From a virus, in the IMG/VR virus record IMGVR_UViG_3300009605_006302: DNA of 64,000 nucleotides; one strand, given 5' to 3'. The first letter of the stretch is position 1. Each line of letters begins with the position of its first letter. The notes below the pieces were generated by a model. It saw only the letters and a list, made by a program, of their open reading frames with translations, did no database searches and had not been told where the DNA came from. The position numbers were made by a program, and so were the translations under genes. Shown piece by piece: positions 51,024-58,951 of this stretch.

Positions 51024-52279
51024 TGTATTTCCACCATCTTCCAAGCTTGATAATGTTTTCTAGTGTCCCAAGAGCCATATTTTTCACATATGTCATCAAT
51101 AGTTTTAACCCATTGATCTTGAAAATTATCAAAATTGTAATTCATCAAAACGTGCTGCAGACCCCTTTCTCCGAGACGCTCTCTTTCTTCTTTGGATTTC
51201 TCAAACATCTTGACCATCGCAGCCACAACATCGTCTCCGTTGAGTCGATCTTCATAAATCCAAGGAATTTCCTGAGATCCGATAATTGATTTGGAAACCG
51301 GTTCTAATCCAATACCAAACCACTCCTCGCCATTAGTAACCTGTTCTTGCAAGCCACCAGTCATAGTCACTATGATCGGTGTTTGACATGCTAGTGATTC
51401 TAGTGTTGCAAGACCAAATCCTTCAGCATCGGAAACATTTATTGTACAATCTGCAATATTATACATCATAGCTAATTGTTGAGGAGGGTATTTTTGAGTT
51501 GATAATAAAACTTGCCCATCGGACATCTCCAATTTTTCAATAATAGCTGTCAAATCTTGACCATTCGGATCTTTTGGATCTGTATGCATAATAAGGCAAG
51601 CTTCGTCGCGACCCACTTTATCAAGAAATTCTTTAAACCAAAAAATCAAACTGCCAGACTGTTTTCTTCTAGCATTTCGATTGTTCCACAAAAATACGAA
51701 TTTATCTTTTGCATCACTACTCAAAGTTTGAATTTTTGAATTCATAATATCGATTTGTGAAAGTTTCTTAAAAATGTTTGTATTAACTGCATGTGGAATA
51801 TAGTGTCTCTCCACTTCTGGAGCAACATTTGCGACAATATCATCTGTGACTTTCGATATTGTGCAGACAACATCATTTGATATATACCATTTTCTATTAT
51901 ATGTTGGATATGGGTAGTTATCCCAGACATGATAATAAACCATTGGACACAGTGCTCTAATTTCATGCTCTATTTGCCACAACCAGCCCCAAAAGCGAGG
52001 ATCTGTCATAAACCATACCATATCTGGTTTCTCTTTTCTGACAGCAGATCTTATGATGTCTGCGTTTCCATATCCCTCAACTGGATGGATGATCCAATCA
52101 TCTTTCCATTCTTCTGTTCTAATGGGGTCGCTATTTTGGTGTTGAATGGCGCCGCCTAAGCTGACAATTTGATAACGGCCAGACTTTAACAGAGCTTCAA
52201 TAACATATTTTGTTTGAGTTCCAACTCCAGAAGGTGCCAGAGGGTGATCAGAGATGGTTAAAATTTTTCTTTTTTTCAT
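51020..52279 (-). CDS. Glycosyltransferase family 4
   Basis: Start refined to MKKRKILTISDHP (52279; GAGG SD). NRNARRK and AEGFGLATLESLAC. Confidence 0.88.
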   Translation of the reverse strand: MKKRKILTISDHPLAPSGVGTQTKYVIEALLKSGRYQIVSLGGAIQHQNSDPIRTEEWKDDWIIHPVEGYGNADIIRSAVRKEKPDMVWFMTDPRFWGWLWQIEHEIRALCPMVYYHVWDNYPYPTYNRKWYISNDVVCTISKVTDDIVANVAPEVERHYIPHAVNTNIFKKLSQIDIMNSKIQTLSSDAKDKFVFLWNNRNARRKQSGSLIFWFKEFLDKVGRDEACLIMHTDPKDPNGQDLTAIIEKLEMSDGQVLLSTQKYPPQQLAMMYNIADCTINVSDAEGFGLATLESLACQTPIIVTMTGGLQEQVTNGEEWFGIGLEPVSKSIIGSQEIPWIYEDRLNGDDVVAAMVKMFEKSKEERERLGERGLQHVLMNYNFDNFQDQWVKTIDDICEKYGSWDTRKHYQAWKMVEIQ

Positions 52280-52280
52280 A

Positions 52281-53060
52281 TTACCTCGTACAATGTTCTG
52301 TATTATTAAATTCACACCTTCCACAAGAAAGCCTGTTTTTGATGTATCTTTTTCTTGAAATACTATATAATGCTTTGTTTAATAATTTTAGAGCATTGTC
52401 TGTTTTTTTTGGACCACTAGTGACTCTGAAAATCTCAACATTGTCTTTTTTTGCTGTTCTCTTCAATAAAGCAAAATGAGTCTCAATGTTTTTGGGATCA
52501 ACACCGTGCTTTTTAGCAAAATAGTGCTTATACAGTGTTAACTGGTAAGTTACCATTGGTTCCGCTTTTTTTCGAGCATCCCAACCCCATCCACAAGTCT
52601 TCCAGTCGATAATGTGATATTTTCCATCAGACGTTTTAACAACCAAATCAATAAAGCCTTTAAAAGAATAATCGTCTAAATTCTGTAAATCAACTGGTAC
52701 CTTAAGCAATTCTTCAGAAGAAATTACAGTGTAGTCTCCCAAATACTCTGAAACTGCCGGCAAAATCAAATCAACTATTTTAGTTCCTTGTGTTTCCATG
52801 GAACTGACCAGATCTTGCTTTAATTCGACTTTTTTATCAATAAGCTCGGTTAGTTCTTTCTCGAATTGTTCAAAAAAGTATTGCTCCGCTCCGTTATTTT
52901 TCTTTTCGGCAAGAAGCTTTTCACAGGTCGAATGAATTGCTTTACCAAAAGCAGTGAATTCATTGCCCTCAAACTTTGTAACTCTGTCAACATATGTTAA
53001 TTTGTGATAATAAGGACATTGAACCCAATTGCGCAGTTCCGAAAATGATATGTGTGGCAT
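52281..53060 (-). CDS. PD-(D/E)XK nuclease, Cas4/AddB-like with Fe-S cysteines
   Basis: N-terminal QCP, G.AIH, FKGFIDL, IIDWKT, QL.LY, and C-terminal CGRC.....C. Confidence 0.85.
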   Translation of the reverse strand: MPHISFSELRNWVQCPYYHKLTYVDRVTKFEGNEFTAFGKAIHSTCEKLLAEKKNNGAEQYFFEQFEKELTELIDKKVELKQDLVSSMETQGTKIVDLILPAVSEYLGDYTVISSEELLKVPVDLQNLDDYSFKGFIDLVVKTSDGKYHIIDWKTCGWGWDARKKAEPMVTYQLTLYKHYFAKKHGVDPKNIETHFALLKRTAKKDNVEIFRVTSGPKKTDNALKLLNKALYSISRKRYIKNRLSCGRCEFNNTEHCTR

Positions 53061-53095
53061 TAAGACCTCTTAAATGCAGCTATAGACATTATAAC

Positions 53096-53767
53096 CTATT
53101 CTTCGTATTCTTTAAAGACTAAATTTTCAATTTTTTCATAAAGTTTGGGACTGATCTTGGATAAGTACCCAGGATCTTTGAGAAAATAAAAATCAAAGCC
53201 GTCTGCAAAGTATTCTCTCAGCGATGTTGCTCCATATGGAGAAGAAAATAATCCCATAGTCATATAAGTGAGTTTGTCGTATCCAATATGTTGATATAAA
53301 TATTCATCAAAATCTTCATTATAATCTAATTCATCAAAATATTCTTTTGAAACACCGTATTCCTCGGCTTTCATTATTTCATAAAGTCTGTTTCTTTTTC
53401 CGAGAAACTCTTTAATAATTGTTTGATCAGAATAGATGTACTCAGCTAGTCTTTCTTCGACCAAGTGAGCTATCTCATGAACAAGGTCTTCAACCATGTT
53501 ATCTTCATCACTTTGGTAATTGGTAATATATATTGTTCCATCTTTATAAATCGAATTTAGACTTCTTTCATCCAGTTCATCAAATTGACCAATAAAGATA
53601 GTTTCTAAGCCGTATATCAAATGCTCCGGAACTATTTTTTTTATGAAATTCAGTACATAGTCCAAATTAAAACCATTTGGCAATGAATCCTTGATATAGG
53701 TATAGATATTGTTAATTAATACTTTTTGTTTTGACTCTTTGAGTGTATTTTCGATATACTCGTTCAC
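53096..53767 (-). CDS. Zincin-like metallopeptidase
   Basis: LVHEIAH (HExxH) with a downstream REYFADGF third-ligand motif. Confidence 0.7.
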   Translation of the reverse strand: MNEYIENTLKESKQKVLINNIYTYIKDSLPNGFNLDYVLNFIKKIVPEHLIYGLETIFIGQFDELDERSLNSIYKDGTIYITNYQSDEDNMVEDLVHEIAHLVEERLAEYIYSDQTIIKEFLGKRNRLYEIMKAEEYGVSKEYFDELDYNEDFDEYLYQHIGYDKLTYMTMGLFSSPYGATSLREYFADGFDFYFLKDPGYLSKISPKLYEKIENLVFKEYEE

Positions 53768-53772
53768 AATTC

Positions 53773-54072
53773 TTACACTTTATGTTCTTTGTTACCTGTG
53801 TCATCAAGTTCGTGTTTCATCGCTTTTTCTCCCGCTGCAACATCAGCGAGTGCTTGATGGTATCCTCTAACCCAGTTTTCTTCGGCAACAACCATAAGAA
53901 ATTCCGGAAATTCTTTTGATATTGTATCAACAATCATTTCAACAGTAATTTTTCCATCTTCGGGGCTGTGTTCTTCGCCAACATAATCAACGAGCCAATT
54001 TTTAAGCTCGGTGTCGGGCACTACTTCTTCAGTTAAAGCTGGATTTTCTCCTAAATTCATCTTATTCTCCAT
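53773..54072 (-). CDS. Hypothetical protein
   Basis: 99 aa ORF packed between its neighbours. No recognisable motif. Confidence 0.7.
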   Translation of the reverse strand: MENKMNLGENPALTEEVVPDTELKNWLVDYVGEEHSPEDGKITVEMIVDTISKEFPEFLMVVAEENWVRGYHQALADVAAGEKAMKHELDDTGNKEHKV

Positions 54073-54074
54073 GT

Positions 54075-55412
54075 TTATAGTAATTTAGCTGCAAGAGACG
54101 CAACTTTTGAGCGTTCGCCTTTCTGCAAAGTTATGTGGCCGGCCAAAGCCTCATTTTTGAACTTTTCTACTGCATAAGTGAGACCGTTGGTGGTTTCATT
54201 GATATAAGTATTGTCGATTTGTTCAATATCGCCAGTCAAAATAATCTTTGTGTTTTCACCCACTCTTGTTATTATAGTCTTTAATTCGTGAGTTGTTAAA
54301 TTTTGTGCTTCATCAATCATAATAAAAGCGTTCGATATAGAGCGGCCTCTAATGTAGGTTATTGCCTCCATCTCTATTATACCATCTTTCATGTAACTTT
54401 CCAAGGTTAATTTGTCATTTCCCATTAAATATTGCAAATTATCTTGAATTGGCAGCAGCCATGGCATCATTTTGTCTTCCATTGATCCAGGCAAAAAACC
54501 GATGTCTCTCCCAACGGGCTGTATTGGCCGAGATATGACCATTTTCTTATATAGAGGCTCTTGTAGTCCTCCTTTCCTTCCACGCTGTTCTAGGGTCTGT
54601 GAGAGGCCCGCAGCGATGGCACAGAGGGTCTTACCGCTGCCGGCGCGGCCGACGAGGGTGATAATCTTAATTTCCGGATCCATCAGCAGATCAAAAGCAA
54701 ATGTTTGTTCTTTATTTCGTGGCTTTATTCCCCAAATCCCTGATTTAAACTCGGGAACCTTATAGAGAGGGCTTTCATAACTCTCAAATCTCGCGAGGGC
54801 AGATTTTTTCTCGTTAGAGTTCGAAACTAACATAACATACTCATGAGCATGCAACACAATCTCATCTTTATCTAGAAATATTTCTTCTTTTTCATAAAAT
54901 CTATCAATGATCTCTTCATCGATCAAGTGAGTCGAAAATCCGGTAAATATTTCAGTTCTGTCTTTTACAACTTGTTCTGTTCTATAATCTTCACACAACA
55001 AACCAAGTGCATCACATTTAACTCTCATATTAATGTCACGAGAGACAACAATGATCTTCTTATTGGGGTTATTTTGCTTTTCCGTTAAAGCTGTGATAAT
55101 AATTTGAGTATCTGAATTTTCTATATCCAATCCAGGTGGACATAATAGAGGATCGTAACCTCTTACGAATAACAGGCCTTTTCCTTTTTCGATTCGAACA
55201 CCCTTCTGAAGACTGCCCTTTATACGCAAGTTATCAAGGATACGAATCGCACCTCTGGCGTGGGCACCAACAGTGTCCTGTCGTTTCTTGTTATTGTCGA
55301 TTTCCTCTAAAACTTTTAAAGGAACAAGAATATCGTTTCTACCAAAAGAGAAAATCGAACTGCGATCTGTTAAGATAGCGCTAGTGTCTAGCAAATAGGT
55401 CTTTTTCTTCAT
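54075..55412 (-). CDS. phoH: PIN-PhoH (PhoH2-type) protein
   Basis: N-terminal PIN domain (LLDTSAIL, VLEEID, D..I, VSRDINMRVK). C-terminal PhoH ATPase (GRAGSGKT, RGRSI, IDEAQN, GDIEQID). The start is 55412 (ATG) or 55421 (GTG). Confidence 0.92.
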   Translation of the reverse strand: MKKKTYLLDTSAILTDRSSIFSFGRNDILVPLKVLEEIDNNKKRQDTVGAHARGAIRILDNLRIKGSLQKGVRIEKGKGLLFVRGYDPLLCPPGLDIENSDTQIIITALTEKQNNPNKKIIVVSRDINMRVKCDALGLLCEDYRTEQVVKDRTEIFTGFSTHLIDEEIIDRFYEKEEIFLDKDEIVLHAHEYVMLVSNSNEKKSALARFESYESPLYKVPEFKSGIWGIKPRNKEQTFAFDLLMDPEIKIITLVGRAGSGKTLCAIAAGLSQTLEQRGRKGGLQEPLYKKMVISRPIQPVGRDIGFLPGSMEDKMMPWLLPIQDNLQYLMGNDKLTLESYMKDGIIEMEAITYIRGRSISNAFIMIDEAQNLTTHELKTIITRVGENTKIILTGDIEQIDNTYINETTNGLTYAVEKFKNEALAGHITLQKGERSKVASLAAKLL

Positions 55413-55423
55413 TGTGCCCACTA

Positions 55424-55431
55424 TAAATAGT
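55424..55431 (-). promoter_or_regulatory. Putative late promoter motif ACTATTTA
   Basis: TAAATAGT on the + strand in the short gap directly upstream of phoH. Confidence 0.5.
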
Positions 55432-55438
55432 TTTTATA

Positions 55439-55726
55439 CTAATATCGCTTATTAATATTCAAAAGAAAAAATATAAACCCAAAGAAAAAATATAAAGGCC
55501 ACAATAAACCACAACCCAAAGAAAAAACAAAAACTTTGCTGTCGGTGCTTAAAAATTTTTCAAAAGTAAATATTTTATAACAAGCTCTGTATACTATTAA
55601 AGCCATAATTGTGTATGCTGCAGCAGTCAAGACAGGTGGAAAAAACAACAAAATATAAAAATACCCTAGCATAAACAAACAAAACAGAGAATATGCAAGA
55701 CCTATATTTTTTTTCGTGATTATCAT
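55439..55726 (-). CDS. Small membrane protein (about 3 TM helices)
   Basis: 95 aa, almost entirely hydrophobic, with basic ends. Confidence 0.6.
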   Translation of the reverse strand: MIITKKNIGLAYSLFCLFMLGYFYILLFFPPVLTAAAYTIMALIVYRACYKIFTFEKFLSTDSKVFVFSLGCGLLWPLYFFFGFIFFLLNINKRY

Positions 55727-56442
55727 AGCGCCCTTAACATATTTGCTCTTTGTTGTCTGTGATTGCTTTCGGGTCGTTGTGCTACGTAAAGATCCAACGT
55801 TTTTTCTGGATCTTCTCTCAAAATACGTCTAAATCCACTAACACCGGTAGAATTAGCAATTGCAAGTGCCCAAGATAACCTTTCTGATGGCCAACCAGCA
55901 TCTCTGGCATAGTATGCTGCAGCTAATACTCTGTCTCTCCACTCCAGCAATTGATAACCTGCTCCATAAGGGTATATATGTAGCGTTAGATCGACTAAGT
56001 TGACCCATTGACGGGTGTAGTATGGACAAGAGCCGGCGGCTTGTATGACGCTGCTAGCGTCCCATGGGGACCACTCTAAAATACCCTCCGGAGGTTGAAA
56101 ATGGAAGAGTCCATGAGCGCCACAATCTGTCCGGACAATATCATAGGGTCTTTTGCCAATTCGATCGGGCGCAGCTATAATTTGTATAGCTTCAAGCTCA
56201 AATCTTCTGAGGCGTGTGACTCGCGAGTCGAAATCGTGAGAATTTCCCATAAATTCAATATATTGTTCTAAATCCATATAACAAAATTCGAATTCAGCTG
56301 GACAATAATCATAATTTATGGGCAAACACGAAGGATAACTCATCAAATATTCGAATTCGTGTATTTCAGTGTTAGTAATTGAAGCGAGAGAAATATTGGA
56401 GCTGCACAAAACAATTAAAGCAATTAAATTAAATAATTTCAT
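55723..56442 (-). CDS. Secreted lysozyme-like / lytic-transglycosylase-like protein
   Basis: Signal peptide MKLFNLIALIVLCSSNISLA. GAHGLFHFQP resembles the SLT GAxGLxQ motif, and AAAYY...ALAIANS.G resembles ALAAYNAG. Confidence 0.45.
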   Translation of the reverse strand: MKLFNLIALIVLCSSNISLASITNTEIHEFEYLMSYPSCLPINYDYCPAEFEFCYMDLEQYIEFMGNSHDFDSRVTRLRRFELEAIQIIAAPDRIGKRPYDIVRTDCGAHGLFHFQPPEGILEWSPWDASSVIQAAGSCPYYTRQWVNLVDLTLHIYPYGAGYQLLEWRDRVLAAAYYARDAGWPSERLSWALAIANSTGVSGFRRILREDPEKTLDLYVAQRPESNHRQQRANMLRAL

Positions 56443-57031
56443 CTACCAGGCCATATTCTAGACATTGTTCAGCATTAAACCATAAATCGTGCTTAAGAAT
56501 TTCTTCTAGCTTCTTTTTAGGTATTTTTGTATATTTCGTATAAATATCTTTGATCATTTTCATAAATCGATCACAATTTTTCATATCATCTTTGATTTCT
56601 TCGTATTTTCCCCAAATTCCACTTGAAAGCTGGTGAATTAGCATGTAAGAATGTGCTGTGATATATCTTTCTTCCGCAACAACGCTCATGAGTGTCGCTG
56701 CAGAAGCAGCACAGCCCTCAACTATGCTATGTACCGGTGTTACTGATTTTCGTATGTAATCAATTGTCGAAAAAGCAGCAAAAACACTGCCTCCAAAGCT
56801 TTGTATGTGAAGATGTATATTTGGAACAGCTGCATCAAGTGTGTTCGATCGATTTATGAGTTCTTTGTCTAGCTTTCGAAGTGATTTGTTTAAAGTTAGG
56901 ATTTTTGTTCTTTTTACTTCGGAATAAAAATAGATTCTGTTTTGTTCTATTATTATGGTGTCATCATCAGTAGATGAAGAATCTTCTTCATTTGATTGTG
57001 ACGCAGCCCAAAATAAATCGACTTTTTTCAT
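56429..57031 (-). CDS. clpP: ClpP-family protease subunit
   Basis: LHIQSFGGSV, CAASAATL (Ser), MLIHQ (His), HDLWF (Asp) and EYGLVDEI. Confidence 0.92.
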   Translation of the reverse strand: MKKVDLFWAASQSNEEDSSSTDDDTIIIEQNRIYFYSEVKRTKILTLNKSLRKLDKELINRSNTLDAAVPNIHLHIQSFGGSVFAAFSTIDYIRKSVTPVHSIVEGCAASAATLMSVVAEERYITAHSYMLIHQLSSGIWGKYEEIKDDMKNCDRFMKMIKDIYTKYTKIPKKKLEEILKHDLWFNAEQCLEYGLVDEII

Positions 57032-57267
57032 TATTTTCTCTTCTTATTCTTCTTCTTTTCCACTAAATCTGATCTGAGGCGTTTTTTTACACGAAAATTG
57101 CTTTCACATCGTTTAATCTTGTAATCGTAATCGTTTTTTATCTCTTTTTCTTCTTCTACCTTCGCAACGGCCTCATTATAAGTAGAAAGGTGAGCAATTA
57201 CTGTCCAAGGTCGGCCCGTTTTGACGGTTTTTTCATTTTTTATGTTAAATTTTTCACTTTTTTTCAT
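57031..57267 (-). CDS. Small basic hypothetical protein
   Basis: 78 aa, Lys/Arg-rich, with a strong AGGAGG SD and a 1-nt overlap with clpP. Confidence 0.7.
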   Translation of the reverse strand: MKKSEKFNIKNEKTVKTGRPWTVIAHLSTYNEAVAKVEEEKEIKNDYDYKIKRCESNFRVKKRLRSDLVEKKKNKKRK

Positions 57268-57396
57268 TTCTTGTCCTCCTTCTTATATACCTAAGTTTTA
57301 ATTCTTTGTATATCATACAAATTGAAACTATCAAAAAACATATGTACATCACAACAATAGACGATATCAAAGCCATAAATAACCAATGTTTTTCCA

Positions 57397-58548
57397 TTAT
57401 CTGATTTTTAAAAACCTTTTAAGCTCTTCTAGACGTTTTTCGGGTGCAGCGAGGCCGCCAATCATCGTATAAGCCGTCAATTTCTCTCTTTTGGAGTCTT
57501 CGTAGATGCCACGATGAATAATTGCTCCATCTGTCAAAGATCCGAGCGTGTCAAAGCCATATTCGATGTAATCCATCAATCCAGCGACCTCTTCATACAT
57601 CGTAGTACCTCCAACAACGATTGAAGCAGCTGCTGTGGCTGTTTTTAGGTCAAATCCTCCGGCTAAAAGCGTTTTTTCGAGGTTTGCCTTCAATGCGTTG
57701 GCAATAGAGGTCTCGTGATCGACCTCCCTGACTGTTGTAACACCCATGATCATGCACCCCTGGCTCTTCATGACCGAGTCATAGTCCATAGGGTCAAAGG
57801 ACGTATAGTCGCTATTTTGGGCACATAGGACGTTAAATACGTGAAACAGGCCGGCAACTGTGTTGTTTAGTGTCGGCCAGAACTTCTTGACGGTCAAAGA
57901 TGGGTATAATTTCTTGATCTTGTCATTATCAACCATAATAAGCGGTGCAAAATCACCATTTGCAGCCCGAACACACAGTTCTGATACCTTATTGAAGGCA
58001 TTTTTGGCCACAATAGACGATGCACACTCACCATTTGTCGGCAAAGACACAATAACACCCACTCTTTCGCTGGCATCTTCTCTTCCGACGTATGTAAAGT
58101 AGCGTTTTGCAATATCAACTAGTGCATTTACGCTTCCGCCGCCTGTACCGCCGGCCGCGCCGACACAAACAAGGATTCGATCGATGTTTTCACCGAAAAT
58201 TTCCCTTAATTTGTTAAAAATCTCTTGACTTCTGCCTTCAAAAGCCTCTCTGCCTCTTTCCTGATTCTTGCCGGCGCCTTGTCCACTAAAATAGTCCACA
58301 AAAAACTTGTGTTCTTCTGGAAGTTCCAATAAATTAAGGTCAGATTGCGCTGTGTTGAACGCAATAGTCTTCTTATAGCCGAGATCATAGAAAGCTTTGG
58401 CAATTCTACCTCCTCCTTGGCCAGATCCAATGACAGCATAAGTCAAAGCACCTCCGGATTCGTCTTCGACACCGTTTTTTTGAGTTTGTTCCTCTAAATT
58501 TGGGTCAAGATCTTCAATATCTAATGTTGGAATGTCTAATTCAATCAT
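57397..58548 (-). CDS. Tubulin/FtsZ-superfamily GTPase (TubZ/PhuZ-like)
   Basis: The true start is the ATG at 58548 (SD GAGGAG); the track's extension runs through the tmRNA. Motifs GSGQGGGRIA, FNTA, GQGAGKN, GAAGGTGGG (signature loop) and SFDPMDY (T7-loop DxxD). 383 aa. Confidence 0.9.
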   Translation of the reverse strand: MIELDIPTLDIEDLDPNLEEQTQKNGVEDESGGALTYAVIGSGQGGGRIAKAFYDLGYKKTIAFNTAQSDLNLLELPEEHKFFVDYFSGQGAGKNQERGREAFEGRSQEIFNKLREIFGENIDRILVCVGAAGGTGGGSVNALVDIAKRYFTYVGREDASERVGVIVSLPTNGECASSIVAKNAFNKVSELCVRAANGDFAPLIMVDNDKIKKLYPSLTVKKFWPTLNNTVAGLFHVFNVLCAQNSDYTSFDPMDYDSVMKSQGCMIMGVTTVREVDHETSIANALKANLEKTLLAGGFDLKTATAAASIVVGGTTMYEEVAGLMDYIEYGFDTLGSLTDGAIIHRGIYEDSKREKLTAYTMIGGLAAPEKRLEELKRFLKIR

Positions 58549-58569
58549 AATTATAATTTTCTCCTCTAG

Positions 58570-58915
58570 AGGAGGTGGCGAGAATCGAACTCGCGTCCTA
58601 AATGCTTCAGTTAATTTTTCGTTCACAAGGTTAGTTAGATTTTAGCCTCTAACAAGCGTTTTATGAAAAAAAGAGACCCAACCACTCTTTCAAAACCACC
58701 TACTACCTGTAGGGTAACTTCATTTTTGATCTTGACTTTGGTTTACAGGGTGTCAAGCTCAAAAAAACCCTGTTCTTACACTCTAGGCTGCTAGTGCGTA
58801 AGAATTGTCGTAAATACCATCATTGGCAATTATCATTTGAGCGTTTTTAATGTGCCGCGCTCCCCACATCCTTGCAAAATTAACTTCTTTCACTCAGTCG
58901 AACCCTTTCACCCCC
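58570..58915 (-). ncRNA. ssrA: tmRNA (transfer-messenger RNA), tag ANDGIYDNSYALAA
   Basis: The 5' GGGGGUG pairs with the 3' CACCUCC, giving the G3.U70 pair. The 5' end continues AAAGGGUUCGAC and the T-arm is CGCGAGUUCGAUUCUCGC. Helix 2 pairs GUUAAUUUU with AAAAUUAAC and CAAGG with CCUUG. Pseudoknot 1 is AUGUG/CACAU plus GAGCG/CGCUC. The tag ORF at 58827-58783 ends YALAA*. Confidence 0.96.
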
Positions 58916-58923
58916 TAATAATA

Positions 58924-58931
58924 TAAATAGT
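58924..58931 (-). promoter_or_regulatory. Putative late promoter motif ACTATTTA
   Basis: TAAATAGT on the + strand, ending 8 nt upstream of the first nucleotide of the tmRNA. Confidence 0.55.
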
Positions 58932-58951
58932 TTGTTAAAATAGAATCCGAA

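Noticed and set aside
52281-53060. CRISPR-Cas locus suggested by the Cas4-like gene
   Set aside because: No repeat-spacer array and no cas1, cas2 or effector genes were seen in the window.
57295-57345. Possible sigma70 promoter (TTGATA-16-TATACA) upstream of the 57267 gene
   Set aside because: The match is plausible but weak in very AT-rich DNA and cannot be distinguished from chance without TSS data.
58570-58600. Apparent standalone tRNA (T-arm GTTCGATTC plus acceptor half)
   Set aside because: It is the 3' half of the tmRNA tRNA-like domain and has no anticodon arm. I saw no true tRNA genes in the window.
58549-58626. 26-aa N-terminal extension of the tubulin ORF given in the track
   Set aside because: It is the 3' arm of the tmRNA read as codons. 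A good SD precedes the ATG at 58548.
58663-58692. Hairpin followed by a U-run on the minus strand (AAGAG...CUCUU-UUUUU) resembling an intrinsic terminator
   Set aside because: It lies inside the tmRNA pseudoknot region, has a weak 5-bp stem, and is better explained as part of the tmRNA fold.
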